DNA of 64,000 bases from an uncultured Chloroflexia bacterium. GTDB lineage: Bacteria > Chloroflexota > Limnocylindria > Limnocylindrales > CSP1-4. The notes beneath the pieces are model-generated. The model did no database searches. It saw only the letters and a list, made by a program, of their open reading frames with translations, and had not been told where the DNA came from. The stretch is from the NCBI GenBank assembly GCA_963746075.1, contig CAVUZY010000007.1, positions 335,338 through 399,337 of the forward strand, read 5' to 3'. The position numbers were made by a program, and so were the translations under genes. Below are positions 1 to 8,813 of the stretch, piece after piece (position 1 is the first letter of the stretch; each line of letters opens with the position of its first letter).

Positions 1-119
1 GCCGGTACGAATCGGAGTTCGGGTCGGCGCTCGGGTCGGCGTGCGGTCGGAGATCATCGAGGACGGGTCGCTCTCGAACGGCGTTGGTCGGCCGTGGGAC
101 GGGCCACCGGCAACCAGCG

Positions 120-3100
120 TTACGAAACCGGCGACGCGTCGGCGCGGCGTCGCGGCTTCCGCCGCTTGCCCGGCTTGACCGAAGCAGGGGTCGACGCCGA
201 GGGCTCGCCCGGCTCGAGCAGGTCCATGCCGGCACCGTCGCCCGACCCGATCGCATCGATCGGGGTCGGTGCCTTGAACGAGAAGTCGCTCGCGATCGCG
301 AGACCCTCGTCGGCCGTCGCGATGAGGCCCTGGCCCGTCCGCTTGGCGACGAAGCATGCCCGGTCGGCCGCCAGGAGGATCTCCTCGGCCGTCAGGCCGT
401 CGCGCGGGAACGTCGCCACGCCGATCGAGACGCTGACCTGCAGCCCGGCATCGGCCCAGCGCGTGCCCACGTCGCCGAGAGAGTGGACGGCGGTCCGGAC
501 GCGCTCCGCCACGCCGAGCGCGGCGGTCGCGTCGGCGCCTGGCAGGATCAGGGCGAACTCATCGCCGCCGTACCGGAAGACGCGGTCGGTGTCGCGCCCG
601 GCGGCCTCGATCGCCCGCGAGATCTCGGCCAGGAGCCGGTCGCCGGCCTGGTGGCCCAGGGCGTCGTTCACGCTCTTGAAGTCGTCGAGGTCGAGCATGA
701 TCATGCTGAACGGTTCGTGGGCGAGCACGCTCCGGGCCAGCCACTCCTGGAACGTCCCGTGGTTCAGGAGCGCGGTCAGGTCGTCGGTCTGGGCCCGGAT
801 CTCGACCTCGCGATGGACCTCCGCGTTCTGGAGTGCGATCGAGACCTGCGCGGCGAAGACCTTGACGAGCTCGAACTCCTCCTCGGTGTAGACCGTCTCG
901 AGGCCGATCCGCTCGAGCGTGAGGACGCCCGTCGCGCCGGCCCGGCCGCGGAGGGGAACGCAGATCAGGCTGCCGTCGACGAGGCCGGTCTCCTGGAACT
1001 GGAGGACCCGCGGGTCGTTCCGCTCGTCGGTCACGAGGGCCGGCTCGTTGCGGCCCACGACCCAGGTCGCAAGACCCTCCTCGTCCGGCAGCCAGGGAGC
1101 CATGTACTGCTCGACATGGATGCCCCGCGCCGTCAACGGCCGGAGGAGGCCGGTCGACCGGTCGAGGAGCTCGATCGAGAGGTTGTCGTAGCCGACGAGG
1201 TCGGACAGGCGCTCGGCGACCTGGTCGAGGATCGAGCGCGGGTCGAGCGTCGTCAGGATCGACTCGGTGACCTGGAGGAGCGCCCGCTGGTTCGCGAGCT
1301 GGCGGCCGAGTGCCTCCGACTGGGCACGCAGGAGCCCGGTCGCGTCGGCGTTCGCGAACGCCTGGGCGGCGAAGCTGGCATAGATGACGAGGAGCCGGAG
1401 GTCGTCGTCGCGGAACTGGTGCAGTCCGAGCTTCGAGAGGACGAGCACGCCGAGGACCTGGTCCTCGTAGAGCATCGGGGCGAGGAGCATCGACTCGTCG
1501 AGGTCGTCTTCCGTCCCCGGGATCGTGTTCGCCCGCGGATCGACGCCGGCATCGGGCAGGTTTTGGGCGACCCGGTGCTCGGCCACCCAGCCGGTGATCC
1601 CCTCGCCGTACTTCACCGCAAGCTGCTCCACGGTCTCGTCGACGTATTCGCCGACCTGGCCGCGCATCGCCACCGGCAGCAGGTCTTCGCCGCGGAGGCG
1701 GTAGACGCGCACGTTGTGGTAGTCGATGAGCTGGCGCAGTTCGGTCGCGATCGCCTCGCCGATCTCGCGCTCATCGGTCAGCCGCGACAGGCGGGCGCCG
1801 AGCTGCTGGATCGACTGGAGCTGGGCAGCCCAGGTCGCCATCTTCGCGAAGTTCTGGGCGTTCTTGATCGCGATCGCGGCCTGCTCGGCGAGCGCCCCCA
1901 TCGTCTCCAGCTCGTCGGTCGACCATTCGTACGGCCGGTCGTGGTAGACGTTGAGCAGGCCGAGCACCTCGTCGGCGTCGAGGAGCGGCGCCGTGCAGAG
2001 GGTGTCAAAGCCCTCCTGGACGACCGACGCCCGGACATCGGTCGCGCGCGGGTCGTCGCGGTAGTGGGTCGCATACATCGGACGACGCGCAGCAGCGGCG
2101 AGGGCCGGCAGCGACCGGCTCGGAAAGTCGACGACCGACTGGAGATAGCGGTGGGACAATCCGCGGCTGACCTCGGCCGTCGCGCGACCGTCGGCGCCGC
2201 GCAGGAACACGGCCGCGCGGTCGCCGTTGAAGAGAACCATCGCGTGCTCGACGAGACCGGTCAGGATCCGGTCGAGATCGAGTCGGCTGCCGATGTCCGA
2301 GGCGACCCGCCGAAGGGCGTCGGCCCGGTGGAGACGATGGGCGATCTCGTCCGCCCGACGGGCCGCGCCGACGATCGAGCCGATGCTCGCGCTGACCTCG
2401 ACGAGGAGCGTCGGATCGAGAGCCGTCCGATCGCCGTTCGGGTCGACGCCGATGACGAGGACCCCCCACGGCTTGCCCTCCACCGGAATCGCGATCGCGG
2501 TCTCGAGGAGACCGGGCGCGGCCTCGCCGAATCCGCTCAGCCCATCGCCTTCGACCGGTCCGGCTTCGTCGGCGAGCGCGCGATCGATGGCCAGGCCGAG
2601 GACGCCGGTCGAGCGCGGCAGGTCCGGCAGCCGAGTCGTCGGCGCCGCCGCCCGCGGGACGAAGCGCTCGCCGCGGAGCTCGTAGATGACGGTCGAGCGG
2701 AACTCTCCGCGCTGGCGAACGATCAGGACCGCCTCGCGCAGGACTTCCTCGAGCGATTCCGGGTCGGCGGCGATACGGCCCAGCGCGGCGACCGTGGCGA
2801 GATCCGCCCGATGGCGGACCCGATCGTGGCTGGAGGGCGGGAGCGCGGAGTCCGACGAGCGATCAACCGTCCCGCCGAAGCGCCCGTGACCCGACCGGGT
2901 CGGATGCTCGGTCGCGCCCTCGGCGGCGGCGAGGAACCGCTGGAGGTCGCCGAGCCGGTAGCGGCGGTCGCCGCGCGGGTTGATCCGGTAGTAGCGCAGG
3001 CGGCCGGCGTCGCTCCACGCACGGATCGTGTTCGGATGCACGCCGAGCAGGCGGGCAGCCTTCGTCACCGAGAGGGTGGCGTCGATCGGGCGGGTGGGGA

Positions 3101-3179
3101 GGGCGCTGGGCACCGAAGTCTCATGGGAGGAAATGTCAAGTCGACGGCCGCAGCCTACCAATCTCACAGTTCTTGCCAA
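120..3179 (-). CDS. Diguanylate cyclase with N-terminal MerR/excisionase-type HTH and tandem GAF domains (HTH-GAFn-GGDEF)
   Basis: 1019-aa ORF. N-terminus LSVTKAARLLGVHPNTIRAWSDAGRLRYYR is HTH_17-like. Several GAF-like blocks follow. C-terminal GGDEF domain has RYGGDEF active site and an RDTD I-site 5 residues upstream. The opposite-strand 1032-aa ORF is an Arg/Asp-rich antisense artefact. TTG start at 3179 unverified. Confidence 0.85.
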   Translation of the reverse strand: MARTVRLVGCGRRLDISSHETSVPSALPTRPIDATLSVTKAARLLGVHPNTIRAWSDAGRLRYYRINPRGDRRYRLGDLQRFLAAAEGATEHPTRSGHGRFGGTVDRSSDSALPPSSHDRVRHRADLATVAALGRIAADPESLEEVLREAVLIVRQRGEFRSTVIYELRGERFVPRAAAPTTRLPDLPRSTGVLGLAIDRALADEAGPVEGDGLSGFGEAAPGLLETAIAIPVEGKPWGVLVIGVDPNGDRTALDPTLLVEVSASIGSIVGAARRADEIAHRLHRADALRRVASDIGSRLDLDRILTGLVEHAMVLFNGDRAAVFLRGADGRATAEVSRGLSHRYLQSVVDFPSRSLPALAAAARRPMYATHYRDDPRATDVRASVVQEGFDTLCTAPLLDADEVLGLLNVYHDRPYEWSTDELETMGALAEQAAIAIKNAQNFAKMATWAAQLQSIQQLGARLSRLTDEREIGEAIATELRQLIDYHNVRVYRLRGEDLLPVAMRGQVGEYVDETVEQLAVKYGEGITGWVAEHRVAQNLPDAGVDPRANTIPGTEDDLDESMLLAPMLYEDQVLGVLVLSKLGLHQFRDDDLRLLVIYASFAAQAFANADATGLLRAQSEALGRQLANQRALLQVTESILTTLDPRSILDQVAERLSDLVGYDNLSIELLDRSTGLLRPLTARGIHVEQYMAPWLPDEEGLATWVVGRNEPALVTDERNDPRVLQFQETGLVDGSLICVPLRGRAGATGVLTLERIGLETVYTEEEFELVKVFAAQVSIALQNAEVHREVEIRAQTDDLTALLNHGTFQEWLARSVLAHEPFSMIMLDLDDFKSVNDALGHQAGDRLLAEISRAIEAAGRDTDRVFRYGGDEFALILPGADATAALGVAERVRTAVHSLGDVGTRWADAGLQVSVSIGVATFPRDGLTAEEILLAADRACFVAKRTGQGLIATADEGLAIASDFSFKAPTPIDAIGSGDGAGMDLLEPGEPSASTPASVKPGKRRKPRRRADASPVS

Positions 3180-3300
3180 TAGGACTTAGGTACCGGTCGC
3201 CCGTGCGGTGCCAGCCGGAGGTCGCTCCGCAGCGCGGCGTGAGGTCGCGGCCGTCGGATGACGCCGAATTCGCGCGCGGGCCATCGCGCGCCGGCGACGG

Positions 3301-4410
3301 TCAGCGGCGGCGGCTCGCGTCGTTGTTGGCGTCCGGCCGGCGACCGGAGACCGAGCGACCCGACGGTGCCGTCGGCGTCCCGGTCAGGCGGACGTAGATC
3401 GAGGTCACGACGATGGCCGTGACCGCGATCGCGACCACGCCGACGATCGCCAGGCCGGGCGTCCCGACGAGGCCCGGGCCCTGGCCGCTGCTCCGCGGAT
3501 CGCCGCCGCCGGCCGCGACGCTCGCCTCTGGGGAGGCGGCAAGCGCCGAGGCCACGAGATCGGCCGCGCCCGGAAACAGGGCTACCACGGCCGGCACGAG
3601 CGCGGTCACCCCGGCCCACACCAGCGCCCCGACGATGAGGATCGCTCCGGCGCCCAGCAGCCCGGCTGCCAGTCGCGTTCGCCCGGCGTCGCCACCGGCC
3701 AGGATTCGCATCGCCTCGTCCGGCTCGAGGACGGTGAGGATCAGCGGCCGGCCGTGCCCGGCGGTCATCTGGGCCGTGACGGTGGCGTCGGGGTCGTCCG
3801 TCGCCGACTCCGCCACGGCTCCGACGGCGACGGCGACCGGATAGCCGACGACAATCGCGTGCTCGACGGAGGAGATCTGCTCGATCCGGGCGCGGACCGG
3901 CGTGTCGGCCGGGTGCTGGTCCGGAACCCGATCGGGCATGTCCGCGGCGCGGCCCACCGACTCGCGTGGGACGACGATCAGGCCGGCGTCCAGCGCATCA
4001 ACGTCGATCGCGATCGAGTCGAGACCCTCGTTGACCGTGAACGGGACGGCCTGACGATGGTCCTCGAACGCCCGCCATGAGCGACCGACGCGGGCCTCGA
4101 GGCGCACGCGCCGGAAGACGAGCGGCCGATGGTCGGCATCCTCGAACTCGTCGTCGGCATCGATCCGACCGGCGACCCGGACATAGGCCCTGCGGCCCGT
4201 TGCCGCGAGCTCGTTCGCCTCGGCCACGCTGACCGACCGCGCCGTCGCGAGCAGCCGGCCGATCCGGTACGCGCCGCCGAACGAGCGCAGGATCATGCCG
4301 CCGACGACGAGGGCGACCAGACCCGCGGCACCGATCAGGAGGGGAGTCACGGGCCGGATGATAGCCGCACCACCGGTTCGGCCCGCCTGCGCGCGATCGT
4401 CGCCGGGCAT
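3301..4410 (-). CDS. Membrane protein: N-terminal TM anchor, soluble middle domain, C-terminal TM segments (possible GIDE-like domain, tentative)
   Basis: 369-aa ORF with ATG start. Hydrophobic segments LLIGAAGLVALVVGGMIL, LLGAGAILIVGALVWAGVTALVPAVVALF and LAIVGVVAIAVTAIVVTSIYV. No motif I can name with certainty. Confidence 0.6.
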   Translation of the reverse strand: MPGDDRAQAGRTGGAAIIRPVTPLLIGAAGLVALVVGGMILRSFGGAYRIGRLLATARSVSVAEANELAATGRRAYVRVAGRIDADDEFEDADHRPLVFRRVRLEARVGRSWRAFEDHRQAVPFTVNEGLDSIAIDVDALDAGLIVVPRESVGRAADMPDRVPDQHPADTPVRARIEQISSVEHAIVVGYPVAVAVGAVAESATDDPDATVTAQMTAGHGRPLILTVLEPDEAMRILAGGDAGRTRLAAGLLGAGAILIVGALVWAGVTALVPAVVALFPGAADLVASALAASPEASVAAGGGDPRSSGQGPGLVGTPGLAIVGVVAIAVTAIVVTSIYVRLTGTPTAPSGRSVSGRRPDANNDASRRR

Positions 4411-4593
4411 GGAAAGACCCGAAGGAACCTACTCGCGGCGTGGACGTTGATGTGATCGCTGCCGTTAGCCTGCGCTCGGCCCCTCCGGGCTGACATCCAC
4501 GCTACGGCCTCGCCAGGGCCGGGTCAATGCGGTTGTCCACGAACTTGCGGGCCAAGGGCGGGCTTGTCCACTGCCGATCCCCAGGCCCTGGAA

Positions 4594-4615
4594 GCCGCGC
4601 GTCCCGACGCGGGGC
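4594..4615 (-). terminator. Imperfect GC hairpin downstream of the gene ending at 4624
   Basis: GCCGCGCGTC-CC-GACGCGGGGC, arms 9/10 complementary, 9 nt past the minus-strand stop. No U-tract. Confidence 0.25.
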
Positions 4616-4623
4616 CGAGGCGG

Positions 4624-5212
4624 TCAGCCGTCGGTTGCGCGCCCGGTCGCCGGATCGATCGCCGAGACCAGACCGCCGAAGCTGGTCAGGACGAGCCGCC
4701 CGCCCACCATCGCGGCCTCGGACACGACGTCGCTGTGCGCGATCCGCCAGCCGACGGCGCCGTCCGGCTCGATCGCGAACGTCTCGATCTCCGACTGGAC
4801 GAGGAGGTGGGCGAGGCGCGGCGAGCCGAAGACCGCGATCAGCGGCGACGCCGAGCGGTGCGACCAGCGAAGCGCCCCGGTCCGGCTCTCGAGGCCGTAG
4901 CGTGTGGAAGCCGTACTTGACGACGAACAACCCGGCGTCATCCCAGACCAGGCCGGCAGGCTCGTCGTAGATCGTGGAGGCCAGGCGGACGGTCCAGGCG
5001 CCCCCCGGGCCATCGATCCGGAGCTCGGCCCGGCAGAGCTGCTCGAAGTCGGGCGACACGAGCGGCCCGAGGTCCTCGAGCGTTCCGCCGGCCTCGGTCA
5101 GGGCAAAGACCGCGGCACCCTGACCGCTGCCGGCCCAGCGCCAGCGGGCGCGCAGGCCGCCGGGATAGCCGATCGTCGCGTCGCGCGGTCCCGCCGCGGG
5201 TCCGGCCGTCAC
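4624..5212 (-). pseudogene. Small beta-propeller/PQQ-like repeat protein, reading frame interrupted near 4899-4907
   Basis: GTG at 5212 overlaps the upstream stop (GTGA). N-part VTAGPAAG...WDDAGLFVVKYGFH lies in the frame of ORF 4502..5620. C-part RYGLESRTGALRWSH...VSAIDPATGRATDG lies in the frame of ORF 4624..5013. The motif D/E..TG...W resembles PQQ-like blades. Confidence 0.55.
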
Positions 5213-5826
5213 GCCCTCGCGTTCGTTGCGGTTGCGCCGTCCTCGACTCGATCGCCGACGCCGTTCGCCGGCTCGTGCTCGGGCCGGGCGTGGGCCCGGG
5301 CTTCGGCTTCGATGTCGGCGGCGCGGCGCTCCTCGGTGATCGGAGCAACCATCGCGTTGGCGAGGATCCGCAGCGTCCCGGGCGGGACGGGGAAGACCGC
5401 TGTCGGGGTGCCGGCCGCGGCCCACACGACCTCGAACCGACCGAGGTCCGGGTCCATGATCGTCCGGACCGGCTTGGCGTGCCCGAACGGCGGGATCCCG
5501 CCGATGACGAAGCCGGTCAGCTCCTGGGCCTCGCGGGCGGTAGCCCGCCGGATGTCGCGCTCGGCGGTGACGGCGGCGAGGCGGGCCAGGTCGACGCGAT
5601 TCGGTCCCGACACGAGGCACAGGATCGGCTCGAGCGAGCCGTCGCCCGCGGGAGCGACGAAGACCAGCGACTTGACGATCTGACCGAGCTCGGCGTCGAC
5701 GGTTGCCGCGGCATCGGCGGCCGTGTGGGTGGATGCGTCGAACACCCGGATGTCGAGATCGACTCCCTTGCGAGCGGCGGCGTCGCGGACCCGTTGGATC
5801 CCTGCGTGGTCAGACGTCTCGGGCAC
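5209..5826 (-). CDS. YbaK/ProX-type aminoacyl-tRNA trans-editing deacylase
   Basis: 205 aa, GTG start. Blocks IVKSLVF, LVSGPNRVDL and TGFVIGGIPPFGH are typical of the YbaK/EbsC family. Confidence 0.8.
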   Translation of the reverse strand: MPETSDHAGIQRVRDAAARKGVDLDIRVFDASTHTAADAAATVDAELGQIVKSLVFVAPAGDGSLEPILCLVSGPNRVDLARLAAVTAERDIRRATAREAQELTGFVIGGIPPFGHAKPVRTIMDPDLGRFEVVWAAAGTPTAVFPVPPGTLRILANAMVAPITEERRAADIEAEARAHARPEHEPANGVGDRVEDGATATNARA

Positions 5827-5934
5827 GGCCGGAGTCTACGGCATCGGCTCGGTGGCAGGGGGGAACGACCGGGACCGCGTTGGCGGCTGCGCGCGCTCCG
5901 GGAGCGACCGCGGCCGGCGCGCTAGCATCGATCT

Positions 5935-6631
5935 GTGGAAGCGATCCTCTTCGACTGGGACGGGACCCTCGTCGATTCGCTCGGCATGTTCCATCGGGCG
6001 AACGCGTCCGTCATGGAGGCGTTCGGGCTGCCGTTCGATGTCGTTCGCTATCGCCGGCACTACACCGCCGACTGGCGGGAGATGTACCGCCGGCTCGGCG
6101 TGCCGGACGATCGGCTCGACGAGGCGAACAGCCTCTGGCAGACAACGTTCGGCGACGATGGCGACCGCGTCGATCCCGTTCCCGGGGACGCATGCCGCGC
6201 TCGAGCGCCTGCGCGACGCCGGTGCCGTGCTGGGAATCGTGACGGCCGGCCATCGCGCCATCGTCGAGCCCCAGCTCGCCCGGACCGGTCTCGGCGTGCT
6301 CCTCCCGGTTCGCGTGTTCGGCGACGACCTCCCGGTCCACAAGCCCGATCCGGAGCCGCTCCGTCTGGCCCTCCGGATCGCCGGCGACGGCCATCGGCCC
6401 GAGACGTCGGTGTACGTCGGCGACGCGCCGACCGACATGCAGATGGCCGTCGCCGTCGGCGCCCGCGCGGTCGGGATCGAGTCGGTGCTCGGCGATCCGT
6501 CGGAGCTGGTGGCGGCGGGCGCGGTCGATGTCGCGACGTCCGTGTCGGCCTGGACCGATCGCCACCTGGCGGACCAGGCGTCAGCGCCGACGCGCGCGCG
6601 CAGCGCCGCTCCCGACGGTTCCGACGGCTGA
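5935..6631 (+). pseudogene. HAD-superfamily phosphatase (phosphoglycolate phosphatase-like), frame interrupted near 6175
   Basis: N-part MEAILFDWDGTLVDS carries HAD motif I DxDGT in the frame of ORF 5935. C-part PFPGTHAALERLRDAGAVLGIVTAG, VHKPDPEP and YVGDAPTDMQMA (motifs II-IV) lies in the frame of ORF 5723..6631. The frames join at a CCC run. Confidence 0.8.
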
Positions 6632-6635
6632 CCCG

Positions 6636-7319
6636 GTGCCGTCGATTTCGGGCAACCACGCCCTGGTCCTCGCCGACGGCAGCCTGTCCCCGACGGCCGA
6701 CCTCGACGCTGCCTGGCCGGGCTGGTCCGACGGGGTCGATCTGGTCATCGCCGCCGACGGCGGCGCCCGCCACGCCACCGCCCTCGACCGCCGGCTCGGC
6801 CTGTGGGTCGGCGACGGCGACTCGATCGGTGCGGCGGAGCTGGCGGACCTTGCCGCCACCGGCGTTCCGATTCGACGGGCACCGGCCGACAAGGACGAGT
6901 CGGACGCGGAGCTCGCCCTGCTCGCCGCCCTCGACGCCGGAGCCCGCCGGATCACCGTCCTCGGCGCGCTCGGTGGGGAGCGGGTCGACCATGGGCTCGC
7001 CAATGTCTGGCTGCTCGGTCATCCGCGGTTGACCGGCTGCGACGTCCGGCTCCTCGACGGGTCCGTCAGGATCCGCCTCGTCGGCCCTGGCCGCACGGAC
7101 CTGGGCGGGCGTACGGGCGATCTCGTGTCGCTCTTCCCGTTCGGTGGCGACGCGGCCGGGCTGACGACGGACGGTCTGCGCTACCCGCTCCGTGACGAGG
7201 CGCTGCCGAGCGGTCCGTCGCGCGGCCTGTCGAATGTGCGTGAGTCCGGAGCCGCGGTCCTGATTGTCGGATCCGGTCGAATCCTCGTCGTCGAGACCCC
7301 TGCTACGCTCTCGCGGTGA
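6636..7319 (+). CDS. thiN: Thiamine pyrophosphokinase
   Basis: Motifs LVIAADGGARH, VGDGDSI and DKDESDAELAL, plus a C-terminal thiamin-binding-like domain. I chose GTG 6636 because the in-frame ORF upstream (from 6528) overlaps the HAD gene. Confidence 0.75.
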   Translation: MPSISGNHALVLADGSLSPTADLDAAWPGWSDGVDLVIAADGGARHATALDRRLGLWVGDGDSIGAAELADLAATGVPIRRAPADKDESDAELALLAALDAGARRITVLGALGGERVDHGLANVWLLGHPRLTGCDVRLLDGSVRIRLVGPGRTDLGGRTGDLVSLFPFGGDAAGLTTDGLRYPLRDEALPSGPSRGLSNVRESGAAVLIVGSGRILVVETPATLSR

Positions 7320-7810
7320 GCATTCCCGACGTGGGCGTTTCGGCTCCCGAGATCGCCCTCGCCGACGAGACCGGCGCGATCCATCGCCTGAGCGAGCAAC
7401 GCGGCCGCTGGACGATCGTCTACTTCTATCCGAAGGACGACTCGCCCGGCTGCACGGTCGAGGCCTGTGAGTTCCGCGACGCGAACGAGACGATCCATGA
7501 GAAGGGCGCCGACGTCTGGGGGATCAGCCCCCAGGGCGCCCCGAGCAAGCGCTCGTTCCGCGAGAAGTTCGGGCTGCCGTTCGTCCTGCTCGCCGACGTC
7601 GACCACGCCGTCGCCGAGGCCTACGGCTCGTGGGTCGAGAAGACGAACTACGGCAAGACCTACATGGGTGTTGCCCGGACCACGTTCCTCGTCGACCCCG
7701 ATGGCCAGATCGTCCGGACGTGGGCGAAGGTGAAGCCCGAGGGCCACGCCGCGGACGTGATCGCGGCGCTCGACGATGCCCAGGCCGCAACCCTGGGCAT
7801 CCCGCGCTGA
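7316..7810 (+). CDS. bcp: Thioredoxin-dependent peroxiredoxin Bcp
   Basis: 164 aa. FYPKDDSPGCTVEAC is the CxxxxC peroxidatic/resolving pair of Bcp-type AhpC/TSA proteins. GTG start overlaps the thiN stop (GTGA at 7316-7319). Confidence 0.9.
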   Translation: MSIPDVGVSAPEIALADETGAIHRLSEQRGRWTIVYFYPKDDSPGCTVEACEFRDANETIHEKGADVWGISPQGAPSKRSFREKFGLPFVLLADVDHAVAEAYGSWVEKTNYGKTYMGVARTTFLVDPDGQIVRTWAKVKPEGHAADVIAALDDAQAATLGIPR

Positions 7811-7889
7811 GCGTCCGCCCGACCAGCCCAGGGCGCCTCGACACCGTCGGCCGACGACGGTTCATCGCTCGCGTCGCCGGGCAGCGATT

Positions 7890-7925
7890 GAGGCTTCGCT
7901 CGTGGGGGGAGACGAGCGAAGCCTC
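7890..7925 (+). terminator. Perfect 14-bp stem / 8-nt loop hairpin after bcp
   Basis: GAGGCTTCGCTCGT-GGGGGGAG-ACGAGCGAAGCCTC, 80 nt after the bcp stop. No U-tract. Confidence 0.45.
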
Positions 7926-7982
7926 GGCCGGAATGATAAGCCTGCCGCACGTGGCGAAACAACAGGATCACAGGGCGGAACA

Positions 7983-8801
7983 GTGGCGCTGAACAACGAT
8001 TCCCAAGCGAGCAAGGCTCCCCATTCCTGGCGCCCGGATCGGTTCATGGTGATCGCCGGCCACCCCGACGACGCCGACTTCGGGCCGGCCGGGACCGCCG
8101 CGCGCTGGATCGACGCCGGGTCGGTCGGCTGGCTCGTGTGCTGCACGAGCGGCGACGCGGGTGGCGAGGACCCGGACGCCGATCCCCTCGAGCTCGCCGC
8201 CGTGCGCGAGCGCGAGCAGCGGGCTGCCGCCGGGATCATCGGCTATGCCGGCGTGTCGTTCCTCCACATGCCGGACGGCGCCCTCGTCAACGACCTGAGC
8301 CTGCGCGAGCATCTCGTCCGCGAGATCCGGACGTTCCGGCCCGACGCGGTCCTTGCGACCGACCCGAGCGTGATCTTCTACCGCGACGGCGGGATCAACC
8401 ACACCGACCACCGCGAGGCCGGCCTGGCCGCGGTCGACGCGGTCTATCCGGCCGCCCGCAACCCGATGGCCTTTCCGTCGCTCGCCCGATCCGGACTGGC
8501 CGCGCACAAGGTCCGCCGGGTATACCTGTTCTGGCCGAACGAGCCGACCGTGCACGTTGACATCACGACCACCCTCGAACGCAAGATCGCCGCTCTCACC
8601 GCTCACGCCAGCCAGATCAGGGAGCCGGCCAGGCTCGCGGAGCGGATCACGGCCTGGGCCGCTGAGGAGGGGGAGCCGATCGGCGTCGCGGCGGGCGAGG
8701 CGCTGCGGGTCATCGTGATCGACGACGACGAGGACGAAGGCCCGGATCGGGCTCTCCGGAACGCGGTCGCCGACGACGAGGGAGCGACGACTCCGGCTTG
8801 A
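7983..8801 (+). CDS. PIG-L/LmbE-family N-acetylglucosaminyl deacetylase
   Basis: Motifs VIAGHPDDADFG and INHTDH are typical of the LmbE/MshB/BshB family. GTG 7983 or ATG 8046 could be the start; the longer in-frame ORF from 7776 overlaps bcp. Confidence 0.8.
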   Translation: MALNNDSQASKAPHSWRPDRFMVIAGHPDDADFGPAGTAARWIDAGSVGWLVCCTSGDAGGEDPDADPLELAAVREREQRAAAGIIGYAGVSFLHMPDGALVNDLSLREHLVREIRTFRPDAVLATDPSVIFYRDGGINHTDHREAGLAAVDAVYPAARNPMAFPSLARSGLAAHKVRRVYLFWPNEPTVHVDITTTLERKIAALTAHASQIREPARLAERITAWAAEEGEPIGVAAGEALRVIVIDDDEDEGPDRALRNAVADDEGATTPA

Positions 8802-8813
8802 CGCGATCGAGGC

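Noticed and set aside
84-3182. 1032-aa plus-strand ORF spanning the whole GGDEF gene region
   Set aside because: It is an Arg/Asp/Gly-rich low-complexity translation with no motifs. It is the antisense shadow of the minus-strand HTH-GAF-GGDEF gene, which has clear domain signatures.
5213-5620. N-terminal 136 codons of the 372-aa minus-strand ORF 4502..5620
   Set aside because: The translation is extremely Arg/Pro-rich and overlaps the YbaK-type gene out of frame. The real start is the GTG at 5212, which overlaps the ybaK stop.
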